64,000 nucleotides of DNA, taken from positions 1-64,000 of the forward strand of contig RDOC01000002.1 of assembly GCA_011364985.1 (NCBI GenBank). The letters are read 5' to 3'. The notes under the pieces are model-generated. The model saw only the letters and a list, made by a program, of their open reading frames with translations, searched no databases and was not told where the DNA came from. Shown here one piece after another: positions 19,056 through 29,618 of the stretch (its first letter is position 1; each line of letters starts with the position of its first letter). Both the position numbers and the translations under genes were made by a program. The DNA is from Candidatus Thorarchaeota archaeon (GTDB lineage Archaea; Asgardarchaeota; Thorarchaeia; Thorarchaeales; Thorarchaeaceae).

Positions 19056-19200
19056 AGCGGGTTGGGGAAGCCGCAGAATATCGGATTCGTTCCGGGCTGC
19101 TTCATAGGCCTATCCCGCAGGGCTCATAACCCTGAGATCGGATGTTCAAAATACTGCGCAGGGTCATCCTGCCCGTAGGAATCTCATCCACCCGCTACCA
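19056..19200 (+). tRNA. tRNA-iMet(CAU) with two non-canonical introns (19073-19105 in the D-loop; 19151-19183 in the T-loop)
   Basis: After removing both introns: AGCGGGUUGGGGAAGCC|AGGCCUAUCCCGCAGGGCUCAUAACCCUGAGAUCGGAUGUUCAAA|UCAUCCACCCGCUACCA (79 nt), with A1-U72, GGG/CCC anticodon stem and encoded CCA. Confidence 0.93.
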
Positions 19201-19252
19201 CTTAACCATGGTTAATTTTCTTGTTTCTTTCCTGAACCTATCATCACTTTTC

Positions 19253-20062
19253 TTAGAAATCTTCCTCATGGAAAGTGGGATTGAGTCTATACCCCTCCTC
19301 ACCGCCATCTAGGACGACCGGCAGAATCTCATTCTCTTCAGTGGCAATCCTGAAAGCATCCTTAAGATAGTCGGGTTCGTCCATAAAGAGCTGCTTGATG
19401 ATGTCTTTCTTTGAGATACCCTCAGGAGACGCTCGTACCGCCTCCAATATTCCGTGGGCGAGGTCATGAATATCGGCAATATACATACGGAAGTCTTCCT
19501 TCCTTGAAAACTCCTCATGCATCTCTTCCATGGTTCTCTTATATTCCTCAGTCTTCTCGTATTCTGGAATAAGCATGAAGCAATGAATTGACTTCCCGTC
19601 ACATGTCGCTTTTGTTCTCCTTATTCTATTTGGAATATCCATCCAGTCAAGGTCATCATTAGAAAAGCCTTTGGCAGCAAGTCTGTCTCTGACTTCTTTA
19701 ATAGGTGTCTCGCCAGGAAAAACACCATCTGCTTCTTGTACTATTCTAAGAAGACCTAATGCCATTGGAGATAAGTCGCGAATTTCTTGTTTTTCCTCTA
19801 TTGATAAAATTTTCAAATGCCAACATGGTCGCCCTGAATCAAGTTCAGAATCATCAGATGGGCAATCAACAACAAGATCGATTGCAAGTTTGTTGATAAG
19901 ATTCGTTATGGCACCATTCACATGTCCGATGCTATATTGGGATGAAAGATTATTCTCGACCAAACTTCTGGGGAGCTGACCGTTGCTCTCATTTTCTAGC
20001 ATTCGGAGAATGCTCTCCTCTACTTCCTCTATTGATGTACTCAAGTCAAGTATTCCTCCCAA
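19253..20062 (-). CDS. hypothetical acidic protein, possibly with wHTH-like repeats
   Basis: 269-aa ORF directly downstream of the tRNA; no family recognised. Confidence 0.6.
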   Translation of the reverse strand: MGGILDLSTSIEEVEESILRMLENESNGQLPRSLVENNLSSQYSIGHVNGAITNLINKLAIDLVVDCPSDDSELDSGRPCWHLKILSIEEKQEIRDLSPMALGLLRIVQEADGVFPGETPIKEVRDRLAAKGFSNDDLDWMDIPNRIRRTKATCDGKSIHCFMLIPEYEKTEEYKRTMEEMHEEFSRKEDFRMYIADIHDLAHGILEAVRASPEGISKKDIIKQLFMDEPDYLKDAFRIATEENEILPVVLDGGEEGYRLNPTFHEEDF

Positions 20063-20613
20063 ACAGGATTCACGGACTGCCCATCAGCCTCAATCTGCCT
20101 TGCGATTTCACGACTGTGATTTCTATCACTTGTAACTAAATCGATTGACACTTTCATCTTAATAGAGTAGTTTGGCGGGGCTATAAGTACACAACAAATT
20201 GCGTCATTCTTTGTTCTTGTTTCTGCAGAAGATGACAAAGAGAGCCTTTGACTTTGTATAGTATTGCAGAGTTCTCATCGGGGTATATTCGTGCTGGTTA
20301 TACTATTTGTATTCGTACTGTATTCTCACGAAGCAATTGAATTACTTCGATTGTGTTCATTTGCTTTCGTTCTACTCATTTTATGACTAAGCAACATGGA
20401 TTCAGAGATTTTCACCATACTTCCGTTTTCATTGCAGACAATTTAAACCCCCTCGATTTGCAGTCAAGGGTTTTTCCACCATGATATATGGCCATCGCTT
20501 TGGGGCTGATAGTCGGACATAAACATGCCCTTAAGGCCTGCCGGTTGAGACTCTCCTATGACATACCAACCGCCCTTGCATCTTAGATTCATCTCTTTCT
20601 AATTCGCGATAAC

Positions 20614-21378
20614 ATGACCATAAAGTTCTATAAATCAAGAAAACAGCACGGTACTTGGTGGTGTGTGGTGAATACAAAAGAGAGCCTTCATCAGAGGTCC
20701 GAGAGAAAGGCGATTCAAATCATCACGGACACTGTGTTTGGCTTGGCTCTCGGCCTTGGAGCTTTTAGCCTTACTGAATATGAAATATCTACCATTGAAG
20801 ATGTCTATTTCGCAATAGGTTTCTTTTTCTTGACCTTCTTCCTTGTCAGTCTGTTTTGGGTTTGGGTTCGTCGCTTCTTTGAGGATTATGTGGTGTATGG
20901 AGAGACTATCTCGGGGATTCTTTATATTCTGTGTTTGTTAGTAGCTATTCTACCATTCATTATGCGACTCTTCTTTTCCGGATTCATTGGAGAATCAGGA
21001 GAGGTATCATTCTTGGCTCAGACATGGTTGTATCCATTAGATATGGGCAGTATTGGTATGCTGGTTGGATCGTTGCATGTGCTCTTCCTGAATCAAGGCC
21101 GAGGTAGGGTTCCGTGGGAGGAATACAAGCACGTTGTGACCGACGGATATACCGCTTTTGTCCTTGGAGGGGGGTTTTTGCTCTCTGCAGCAATACCGAA
21201 CAACCTGACTCTGGCAGATATTCTGTTCTTTTCGATTCCAAGCCCCTTTGCAGACATAACAGCGAAAATTGGAGTCTGGTTCATCGTAGTCCTCCTTGCA
21301 GTGATTGTCTATATACCAATAGAGCTTGGCCTGAGAGGGATAGAGAAATCATATACCTATACAGGACAGGCATTATGA
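20614..21378 (+). CDS. TMEM175/DUF1211-like membrane protein
   Basis: TM1 pattern AIQIITDTVFGLALGL resembles RLEAFSDGVFAIAITL; about 6 TM segments. Confidence 0.55.
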   Translation: MTIKFYKSRKQHGTWWCVVNTKESLHQRSERKAIQIITDTVFGLALGLGAFSLTEYEISTIEDVYFAIGFFFLTFFLVSLFWVWVRRFFEDYVVYGETISGILYILCLLVAILPFIMRLFFSGFIGESGEVSFLAQTWLYPLDMGSIGMLVGSLHVLFLNQGRGRVPWEEYKHVVTDGYTAFVLGGGFLLSAAIPNNLTLADILFFSIPSPFADITAKIGVWFIVVLLAVIVYIPIELGLRGIEKSYTYTGQAL

Positions 21379-21513
21379 ATCAGGCAGACCTCAAGCATGT
21401 ATATGGAGATTGATTATTGATAACAGATGGAACTCTGTCAGTTGTATACCTCCGATATTCAAGGGGCATATGCGACTCCATATTATGGATTTCAGAGTCT
21501 GGAGAAAAGAGAA

Positions 21514-21940
21514 ATGGATTTTGATGAAATTCTCGACTCGGCCCCTTCCTATAAGGAGTTCATGACTGTCAGCGAGCTTGATAGATCGAGCAAGATGCTC
21601 TCAGAGGAGTTCGCCGAGGTTTCCTTATAGATGATTGGAGAATTTGAAGAAGAAAGACCTATTTCATGCTTGAAGATTGGCAGAGATGAGAAGAATGCAC
21701 TTCTATTTGCGTTTCCTCATCCCAATGAGCCCATCGGGAGTATGACGGTCGAGTTCCTCTCAAGATACCTAGCGGAGAATACTGAGTTCATTGAGAAGAC
21801 GGGATTCACGTGGCATCTCATTAAAGTCATAGATCCTTGATGGTACAGCGCTAAACGAGGGGTGGTTTAAGAGCGGCTTCGATCCGGTGAAATATGCCAA
21901 ACACTACTATAGGCCGACACCACACGAACAGATGAATCTA
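21514..21940 (+). pseudogene. M14-family zinc carboxypeptidase, disrupted
   Basis: PHPNEPIGS and IDP/DG..LNEGWF..YYRP motifs; in-frame stop at 21628, frameshift near 21838, truncated. Confidence 0.75.
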
Positions 21941-21971
21941 GGATGAGAGCTACAACCGATTTCATTTCATA

Positions 21972-22639
21972 TTATGCCTTTGAGTTCTTACGATGTGCAG
22001 ATAGCAGGTTTACAACCTTATCATCAGAAACATCATACCAATTCGCGTATGCATTGGCAACAGCAAAGGCAAAGCCGGTTTCGATTCTTGGGCCAGACCA
22101 GATGATCCACGAGAGGCCTTACTCTTTGGGCTGCACTTCCTGAAGAAGTCGGGATTGCAACAGTGACCGACTTGGTAAAAACTCCTTTACCGACTGAATT
22201 GCAGCCATCATTGTGAATCCGGATGCCAATCCATCATCAACTAGAATCACATCTCGATTCTCAGGGTTCTCAATGCCGACAAGCCGGTGATATGCCGCCC
22301 TTCTGTTTTCGATTTGTGCTAGAGTCTGCTCGCGAATCGACATGATTTCATTCTCGGTCAATCCAATTCTGGCAACCAAATCCTCGTTCAGAATCATTGT
22401 CCCAAGTGATGTCAGAACACCAAAGCCAGCCTCAGTATTGTACGGAATTGCATCTTCCATACAATAATAAGATCAAGACTAGCATTGAGTGCTTTCGCAA
22501 TCTGAACAGCAATAGTGACTCCACCATTAGGAATTGCTAGAACCATCGGCCTAGACCACAATTTGATATGGCGCAGCTCGTTCGCAAGAATCATACCTGC
22601 ATGGCCACGATCTTGATAGGACCATCTCAGAGAAATCAC
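21972..22639 (-). pseudogene. phosphoribosyltransferase (COG1926-like), frameshifted
   Basis: DR.HAG..LA, LAIPNGGV, VILVDDGLASGFTM and AVANAY..WYDVSD spread across three frames. Confidence 0.8.
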
Positions 22640-22693
22640 CTAAGGACTCTATATAGCCGCTGCAATTCATATATGTTGTAGCATAAGGCAGGA

Positions 22694-22963
22694 ATGACAC
22701 TAGACATGATACCAGAGATTGCTCTCCTCATTGGCATTTACTCCATCTGGATACTGATTCTTGTTGCATCGATGGTTTCCACCGAGGAGGTGTCTCTTAC
22801 TATGACCACCCTTCCGTTCATAGTCACCTTTCCTATTGCGATGATTCTGGCGGCGCTAATAGAGACATTCATTCCTGGCACCTTCGCGGTGAATCTTCTG
22901 CTGACAATAGTAGTTGGAGTGTTACTCTTCATTCGATGGGTAATGGCCATAGTAGATGAATAG
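22694..22963 (+). CDS. small membrane protein
   Basis: 89 aa with 3 hydrophobic helices. Confidence 0.6.
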   Translation: MTLDMIPEIALLIGIYSIWILILVASMVSTEEVSLTMTTLPFIVTFPIAMILAALIETFIPGTFAVNLLLTIVVGVLLFIRWVMAIVDE

Positions 22964-22995
22964 CCATAGGTCTCTTAGAAGCCTCTTGAGGTCAG

Positions 22996-23163
22996 CTAGC
23001 CTTCCTGCTTGTCCTTTCGCTTGAATTCCGTATAGCCGCATCGACCACAAGCAAAACGGTCAAAATGCTCGGCCATAAAGGTGCCCTTCTCGCACCGGGG
23101 GCATTCTCGACGGGTACGGGAGATTATGCCTTTCTTATCAACTTTATACAGCTTATGTGACAC
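22996..23163 (-). CDS. rps27ae: 30S ribosomal protein S27ae (eS31); not in the ORF track
   Basis: [47 protein letters not shown]. Confidence 0.95.
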   Translation of the reverse strand: MSHKLYKVDKKGIISRTRRECPRCEKGTFMAEHFDRFACGRCGYTEFKRKDKQEG

Positions 23164-23466
23164 TTATGTGCCCTCCTTCTTTGTCTCATGCCTGACAAGG
23201 ATATGTTTGCGCTCTACTTTTTTCATCTGTTCTGAGGAATCATATATTCTGGCGATGCCCTCGGAGTGATCACTCCCAAATCTCGTCTTGAGGCTTCTGA
23301 CAACAACCCTTGCCTCATCTGCATCGAATTGCGCGATAATTTTGGCACGCACATCGGCCCTGCTTGGAGTCGTACCGCCTGTATGTAGTACCTTGAACTT
23401 TATCTCCTTTCTAGCAAGAGGCGCATTCTCGATTTCTTTGAGGATTTCGATTTTCATGTACATCAC
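23164..23466 (-). CDS. rps24e: 30S ribosomal protein S24e
   Basis: N.PL.RKEI, TPSR, T.FG...S.G.ARIY. Confidence 0.93.
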   Translation of the reverse strand: MMYMKIEILKEIENAPLARKEIKFKVLHTGGTTPSRADVRAKIIAQFDADEARVVVRSLKTRFGSDHSEGIARIYDSSEQMKKVERKHILVRHETKKEGT

Positions 23467-23561
23467 TTACTACAAATGGGCATTTCCGGAGTGGAGTCAG
23501 CCATTCGACTCTGGGTTGTCTAATAAAGTTTTCACCACAGCAGCGGCAATTGTATAGAATC

Positions 23562-23774
23562 CTAACGGACCTTGAGGGCATACTTGCCTGGTTTATCGAT
23601 GTTCAGTCGTGAAGCTATGTATGAATGCTTTCGTGGGTCATCGTGAGGTTTGCTTCCGGGAAGGATAACAACTATTCCAGTGTACGAACTTGAAAGGTTG
23701 GTACTTCTACAATTTGGACACTGATCCTCTATGGTGAGAAAATGGCATTCTCTACAGGCTCTTGGTTTGGCCAT
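23562..23774 (-). CDS. spt4: transcription elongation factor Spt4 (RpoE2)
   Basis: ACRECH..CPNC..PGKYALKVR. Confidence 0.93.
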   Translation of the reverse strand: MAKPRACRECHFLTIEDQCPNCRSTNLSSSYTGIVVILPGSKPHDDPRKHSYIASRLNIDKPGKYALKVR

Positions 23775-23790
23775 TCTTCTTCAATCCTCG

Positions 23791-24393
23791 CTATTTCTTC
23801 TTTACGTCTTTGTCTTTCTTTGACTTCTCCCCACGGGCCATTTTCACATCATCCTCGACCCAAGAGTGATCTGGGCCGATTTTGCCAAGAAAGGGTTGAC
23901 GCATTGTGAGGCCGAGTTTTCCGGACCTGCTCCCTGATTCAAAGCTTATTGATGTGATTCGTGCGCGTACCATGTCACCTTCTGAAAGAGTACGTCCAGT
24001 TTCCTTTCCCAACAGAGCACTTCCCTTTGAGTCTTGTGTGATAAAGTCATCACAGATTTGACTAACATGACAGAGACCGTCTAGTGGACCCATTCGAATG
24101 AATGCACCGAAGTCCATCAGCTCCACAACGTTGCCTTCAACAATTTCTCCCCGGATAGGTTTGAAGACAAGAACCTGATATGTGACCGAGTGGTAAGTAG
24201 CGCCGTCGCCGGGCATAAGGCGACCTTGGCCTATTTCTTCAATTCCAATTACCGCAATCATCAGCCCAATGTCCCTATCAAGGACATTTTCATGTTGTTT
24301 GCGCAGATGTACCATTGCTGCCTCTTCGATTGGTGCACCAAATTCCTTAGGAGGAATACGTACAACATCTCTCACTGTTACTATTGAGTACAT
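23791..24393 (-). CDS. rpoE1: RNA polymerase subunit Rpo7 (RpoE1)
   Basis: VRIPP..FG, GDGA, FGAF..GP.DGL.HVSQI, LTMRQPFLGK. Confidence 0.96.
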   Translation of the reverse strand: MYSIVTVRDVVRIPPKEFGAPIEEAAMVHLRKQHENVLDRDIGLMIAVIGIEEIGQGRLMPGDGATYHSVTYQVLVFKPIRGEIVEGNVVELMDFGAFIRMGPLDGLCHVSQICDDFITQDSKGSALLGKETGRTLSEGDMVRARITSISFESGSRSGKLGLTMRQPFLGKIGPDHSWVEDDVKMARGEKSKKDKDVKKK

Positions 24394-24524
24394 TTCAGAC
24401 GCTCCTTGACTGACAGGACAATTCCGAATAGAATGACCAGACTGATGAGTGAATCATATAAATCTGAACCCGCCGGTTCAGCGGTGCAACACTTTGAAAA
24501 ACATAAAAACATTGTGAATCGGCC

Positions 24525-24932
24525 TTATTCTATAAGACCTTCAAGAGAGAGATGTTTCTTGGCCCTCAAATAGAGGACAGGTATTCCTTGTTTCCTGGCT
24601 GAAGCCCTGAGTTCGCGATCATTCGTTGCAAGAATGCCCTTGATAGAAGTGGCATACATTAACAGTTGAAGGTCAACTGGCAATTCGGGAAAAGGGCTCT
24701 CAATGACTGTACATCTCTCCGCTAATCTGCGTGCGATCCCAAAAATCCGGCGATTTGTTAGGCCTTTTCCTTCACCGAGAGCCTCGATTTCATCAAGGAC
24801 AGAGGAGAGTAGAATGAACTCGGGTTGACGTTCCAGTATTCTTTCGGCTTCTAGAAACATATCAATATTGAACTGAGCAGGGATAGTCATGAAGTTTGCA
24901 TCGACCACTACGAGAACTGCCAAATCGTTCAC
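24525..24932 (-). CDS. Fcf1/Utp24-like PIN-domain protein
   Basis: VDANF..P.QF, LATND.ELR, GIPVLYLR; conserved position after eIF2-gamma. Confidence 0.85.
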   Translation of the reverse strand: MNDLAVLVVVDANFMTIPAQFNIDMFLEAERILERQPEFILLSSVLDEIEALGEGKGLTNRRIFGIARRLAERCTVIESPFPELPVDLQLLMYATSIKGILATNDRELRASARKQGIPVLYLRAKKHLSLEGLIE

Positions 24933-24944
24933 ATGCCATGCATC

Positions 24945-26186
24945 TTAGATCTCGGCATAACCGACAAGACGCCATTTGTTTTCTACCTGGCGTCCGAGTG
25001 CGATACGTTGCCCTTTTTCCGCCGCAACAGGCCGCTTTAGAGATAGCTCAATCTCGTCGCCGTGCAAACGTGTGATAATACCCACGGTGGCAGCTGTTCC
25101 TATGACCATCATCAAAGGCTCATTGAGCCGAAGGTTCTCAACAATTTTTTTTGTTTCCATTCCAACAACACGTTCCATAAGCTTGGGCTTAATCATGAGC
25201 TTGTCAATGATATTTGGCATTTTATTCACTTTGCCAACGACATTCCCAACCAAACGGTCTGCACGAGTCGATGCAGGGTCGAGTCCAGTACCCACACCAA
25301 TTAGCCCACCAGGTCGAGCTTCTTCAAGAGGATTGTTGCTTCCTGATAAAAGACTGGCAATTCTAGCTCTGATTGGCTCAAAGCCCTTGTCACCCTTCGA
25401 ACCAGGAGCGATTTCAATCTCATCGCCCACTTTGAGAACACCACGAACGATAGAGCCACCAACAACGCCACCCTTGAGCTGGTTGGGAGGAGTTCCTGGC
25501 TTGTTTATATCGAAGGATCTAGCAACGAACATCTTTGGTGGTGCATCCTCGTCTCTATGAGGGGTGGGTATAACTTCCTCGATTCGTTGAATCAACAAGT
25601 CAGTGTTTGCACCAAAGACCGCAGAAACAGGAATGATCGGAGCGTTCTCTGCGGTGGTTCCCTTCACAAAATCCTGAATCTGTTTGTAATGTTTAAGAGC
25701 CTCTTCCTTTGACACTAGTTCAATCTTGTTTTGGACAATGATAAGGTTCTTCACGCCAACAATTTCCAGTGCACGAAGATGTTCCGATGTCTGGGGCATG
25801 GGGCAAGGCTCATTGGCTGCAATAACCAATATTGCACCATCCATTATACTTGCTCCGCTCAGACAAGTTGCCATAAGTGATTCATGACCAGGACTATCAA
25901 CGAAGGAGATCTCACGAAGCACCTCAAGGGACCCTCCACACTTAGGACATTTATTCTCTCTTGCCAAATACGACGTGGTGTAACAATCGGGTTCTGGACA
26001 TTTCGTACATTTGAAAAGAGTCGTAGCAGCATAGCCCAGTCTAATGGAGATACCCCTTCTCACCTCGTCCGAGTGTCTATCTGTCCACTCTCCCGTTAGA
26101 TATTCTACCAGAGTGGTCTTCCCATGGTCAACATGACCGAGGGTGCCAATACTAACTTCGGATTGTCCTTCGTACTTTTTAGTCAC
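24945..26186 (-). CDS. eif2g: translation initiation factor 2 gamma subunit
   Basis: GHVDHGKTT, RGISIRLGYA, DSPGHE, QNKI, RSFDINKPG. Confidence 0.97.
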   Translation of the reverse strand: MTKKYEGQSEVSIGTLGHVDHGKTTLVEYLTGEWTDRHSDEVRRGISIRLGYAATTLFKCTKCPEPDCYTTSYLARENKCPKCGGSLEVLREISFVDSPGHESLMATCLSGASIMDGAILVIAANEPCPMPQTSEHLRALEIVGVKNLIIVQNKIELVSKEEALKHYKQIQDFVKGTTAENAPIIPVSAVFGANTDLLIQRIEEVIPTPHRDEDAPPKMFVARSFDINKPGTPPNQLKGGVVGGSIVRGVLKVGDEIEIAPGSKGDKGFEPIRARIASLLSGSNNPLEEARPGGLIGVGTGLDPASTRADRLVGNVVGKVNKMPNIIDKLMIKPKLMERVVGMETKKIVENLRLNEPLMMVIGTAATVGIITRLHGDEIELSLKRPVAAEKGQRIALGRQVENKWRLVGYAEI

Positions 26187-26303
26187 CGAGTTGTCACTTC
26201 CAAGGTCCAATAGTGATTCGCACAATAAAGCCAACTGAATCATATTTATGAAGACTGTGGTCAAGTCAGAAGATGCTGTGTAGGTGGAGAAGCTTGGGGT
26301 GGT

Positions 26304-26687
26304 CTAGGCTTCCTTCAATACCAGTTCTTCTAAGGGTGCACTTCCTCTCTCTTCGATACGCACATTTACTTGGGATATATCTGGACTCAATTCTCGACCA
26401 CGAACCGTCTTCCTTCGGGCTATTCCTCTCCGCTTCGGGCGAAAACCAGGTGGGCCACGAACTAAAATACGCTTCTTGCCGCTCCCGTGTACATCTGGAC
26501 GAACTGGAAAACCAGAAGAGTCACTACCCCCAGTAATCCTTAGCTTATATCCTGGTAGGCCCATCGCATCACCTTCCACTACATCCCCGACACTCTTTCC
26601 TACTAATGCATTGGTCTTTGCATCATCTAGTTCGTACTGGATGGCTTTACCATTTTCTGGATCAGATATTACTAATTTGAATGGCAA
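26304..26687 (-). CDS. rps6e: 30S ribosomal protein S6e
   Basis: KLVISDP, ITGGSD.SGFP.R, RRKTVRG. Confidence 0.96.
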   Translation of the reverse strand: MPFKLVISDPENGKAIQYELDDAKTNALVGKSVGDVVEGDAMGLPGYKLRITGGSDSSGFPVRPDVHGSGKKRILVRGPPGFRPKRRGIARRKTVRGRELSPDISQVNVRIEERGSAPLEELVLKEA

Positions 26688-26877
26688 CTGACAAATCGCC
26701 TACCTAGAGTCGTAAAGAGAATCCTTGATGCGGACTCTGGCGGTACGCAAATGACATCACTTTATGAGGATTGTGGTCGGGCAGATGGATTCAATCTCTC
26801 TTCGGTACACTACATAAGCATTATAACACTGAAAGTTTGTGACGCACTAACCACCGAAGGCAGAGATGCACGTAATA

Positions 26878-28044
26878 ATGGATACACTTACTCTTATCTT
26901 CACAATTGTCATCGTTTGGACCACGATTTACATAGTTTCTCAGGCTATTGGCCTTGAGAAACTGAACGAAAAGGGAGTGGATGCAGGAACTCCATTCTTT
27001 CTCATGTTCAAGACAGAGAGACTCAATTCATTTCTTACCAGAGCTGGAAAACGATTTCCCAAGCTGTTTTGGAATATCGGGATTGTAGTGGCTTTCATTG
27101 GTATGGCACTTGGATTCTATATCTTCACAGATAATCTTCTGAAGTTATTCTTCGCACCCGTTGAGGCAGGAGGTGTAGTTCCCATTATTCCCGGCATTAC
27201 AATCACTGGGTTGCCCCTATTTTACATGATGATAGGTCTAGGAATTACGCTTATCACACATGAGTTTGCACACGGTATGGCTGCGTCGAAGGACGATATT
27301 CCAGTGAAGAGTTCTGGACTTCTCTTCTTCTTCCTCTTGTTCGGTGGCTTTGTTGAACCGGACGAGGAAGTGTATGAGAAGAAAGCAACATCAAAACAGA
27401 GAATGCGACTTCTCGCCGCGGGGTCATATGCTAATCTCATAGCAGCTGTCTTTCTGCTTCTTATAATCATGAATTTCAATCCCATAATGTCGGTTGCATT
27501 TAACCAACCAAGTGGAGCATTCATCTATGAAACGGAAACAGGGACAGCAGGCGGGGCGGCTCTAGAGTTTGGCGATGTCATTATAGGACTAAATGACACA
27601 GTCATCGAATCGTGGGCTGATGTGGGCGAGTTCATGTCTACTGCCCCTGTAGGTGCTCAGGTTACAATTGAAACACTGGATGGGTCTGTGATAGTGATCT
27701 TGGGCCAACATCCGGACAACGCGTCAAGAGGGTATATTGGAGTATTTGGGGCAGATTATTGGGAACCGAAGCCGGGTTGGAACTTGTTTCTGAGTCCGTT
27801 GTACGTTTTTCACCTTCAGCAGACCCTGTTCTGGACATGGATAATCTTGGTTTCGGTGGGCCTGTTTAATCTTCTACCCATACCCCTATTCGATGGCGAC
27901 AAGATACTTAGAGAATCACTTCGCCTGACTGTAAAGGATGAGAGAAAGATCCAATATATCATGTGGCCAGCAAGGATTATTGCCGTGTCAATAGTAGTTC
28001 TCAGTATTGGTTTGAGCCTTTATCTTGGAAAAGGGCTTTTCTGA
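26878..28044 (+). CDS. site-2 protease (M50) with PDZ domain
   Basis: HEFAH, AAGS.AN, FNLLPIPLFDG. Confidence 0.92.
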   Translation: MDTLTLIFTIVIVWTTIYIVSQAIGLEKLNEKGVDAGTPFFLMFKTERLNSFLTRAGKRFPKLFWNIGIVVAFIGMALGFYIFTDNLLKLFFAPVEAGGVVPIIPGITITGLPLFYMMIGLGITLITHEFAHGMAASKDDIPVKSSGLLFFFLLFGGFVEPDEEVYEKKATSKQRMRLLAAGSYANLIAAVFLLLIIMNFNPIMSVAFNQPSGAFIYETETGTAGGAALEFGDVIIGLNDTVIESWADVGEFMSTAPVGAQVTIETLDGSVIVILGQHPDNASRGYIGVFGADYWEPKPGWNLFLSPLYVFHLQQTLFWTWIILVSVGLFNLLPIPLFDGDKILRESLRLTVKDERKIQYIMWPARIIAVSIVVLSIGLSLYLGKGLF

Positions 28045-28157
28045 GAAGACAGTCCACATAGGATTTTATGGACAAGGGCGTCTGAAAACAAGATTGTGGG
28101 AAGTTTGGGCTTCATGGGACCTAAAAAGAACCTGTCATGACTCATGAAAGATGAACA

Positions 28158-28565
28158 ATGATTACTCCACAAATGTCGACTATTCCAGATACACGTGAAC
28201 GGGTTCGAAAAGCAATTACAGACTATCTTGCCATGTTTCTGCCGGGTTCTTGGACAGAGCCCTTGGTCCGGCTGAAGCTGCTTTTACAATCGAATTCCGA
28301 GATTGATTGGGATGCTCTAAAGGGGCATTCCTTGGCGTTCTTTGATGAGCAGAGATTGGCTCAAGATAGAATAGAGTCTCTGGCTCGGATTGAGAGATTC
28401 GTTGATGCCTTTAAGGACTTGTACAAAGTGTTGTCACCTGCAGAATGGCATAAGGCGGTAGATGATATCTTTCAAGCAGCGAATTTCAGAGTATCCAAGG
28501 CAGCTCTTAGTCGCCCAGAGACAAGGTTTCTTGATGAGCGGAAGAAGGAGTCGAGTACAAATTAG
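28158..28565 (+). CDS. hypothetical protein
   Basis: 135-aa helical ORF. Confidence 0.6.
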   Translation: MITPQMSTIPDTRERVRKAITDYLAMFLPGSWTEPLVRLKLLLQSNSEIDWDALKGHSLAFFDEQRLAQDRIESLARIERFVDAFKDLYKVLSPAEWHKAVDDIFQAANFRVSKAALSRPETRFLDERKKESSTN

Positions 28566-28691
28566 AGTTCTCTTGAGTAGTATATTATCAGTGAAACGAT
28601 ACAAGAAACACAGTTGCCTTGTACCGTTGTAACACCCAGAGAGGAGTCTTTAACAGGCAACTCGTCTTGCTAGCTATGGAGTAGCTAGTAC

Positions 28692-29618
28692 ATGTCCACA
28701 CCATGTTCAAAGTGCGGGAAACCAGCAGTATACCTGAGAAGATACACTATGGAGCAGCTTTGCAAGTCATGTCTTGTTAAGACAACTCAACTTCGGGTTC
28801 AGAAGACCATTAACAAGGGAAAGATGCTTCGTGAAGATGACAGAATAGCTGTGGCCATATCTGGTGGAAAGGATAGCGCAGTGCTCCTTGAGATCCTCGT
28901 TCAGATTGAGAAAGACTATCCTAGAACAGAACTAGCCCCGCTCACGATAGACGAAGGAATAAAGGGATACAGAGACAGGGCTCTTGAAGCTGCGCGTGAA
29001 CTCTGCTCAAAGCTCGATCTCGCACTTGAAGTTAGAACCTTCAAAGATCTTTTTGGACACTCATTGGATTGGATTGTAGAGAACAGAGAAAACTCATCAA
29101 CAGGAGCATGTTCGTACTGTGGTGTTCTGAGAAGACAGGCATTGAATACTGCAGCCCTTGAGATTGAAGCAGATGTTGTAGTGACTGGCCATAATCTTGA
29201 TGATGAAGCCCAGACCGTGGTGATGAATGTGATGCGAGGAGACAGCAGACGCATTGCCCGCACAAATCGGTCTCAAGAATTCCCCATTCCGGGTCTGGTA
29301 CCTCGTGCAAAGCCAATAAAGGAACTTAGTGAAAGAGACATAGTTGCCTATGCTTATTATTTGCATTTGCCTTATCACGATGTGACGTGTCCATACGCAG
29401 AAGAAGCGTATCGGAATGACATCAGGACCTTCTTGAATGAGATGGAACATAAACGGCCTGGAACTCTTCTTGCAATTCTTCGTTCTGGAGATGCCATTGC
29501 AGAGATCTACGAGCTGTTGCCACAAGTAGCCCGAATTCACAAATGCGTAAGCTGCGGTATGCCTACTTCCAAGAAGATCTGCAAGGCATGTTCGTTGCTG
29601 GCGGAGTTTGGGGGCTAG
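28692..29618 (+). CDS. tRNA 2-thiolation protein (Ncs6/TtuA/NcsA family)
   Basis: SGGKDS PP-loop, CSYCGVLRR, TGHNLDDEAQ, terminal Zn fingers. Confidence 0.92.
   Translation: MSTPCSKCGKPAVYLRRYTMEQLCKSCLVKTTQLRVQKTINKGKMLREDDRIAVAISGGKDSAVLLEILVQIEKDYPRTELAPLTIDEGIKGYRDRALEAARELCSKLDLALEVRTFKDLFGHSLDWIVENRENSSTGACSYCGVLRRQALNTAALEIEADVVVTGHNLDDEAQTVVMNVMRGDSRRIARTNRSQEFPIPGLVPRAKPIKELSERDIVAYAYYLHLPYHDVTCPYAEEAYRNDIRTFLNEMEHKRPGTLLAILRSGDAIAEIYELLPQVARIHKCVSCGMPTSKKICKACSLLAEFGG

Noticed and set aside
20480-20580. Fluoride riboswitch or tRNA att-site remnant
   Set aside because: Only a partial GCTGAT resemblance and one hairpin (CGGTTG/CAACCG). The 5' riboswitch motif and a real match to the tRNA 3' end are missing.
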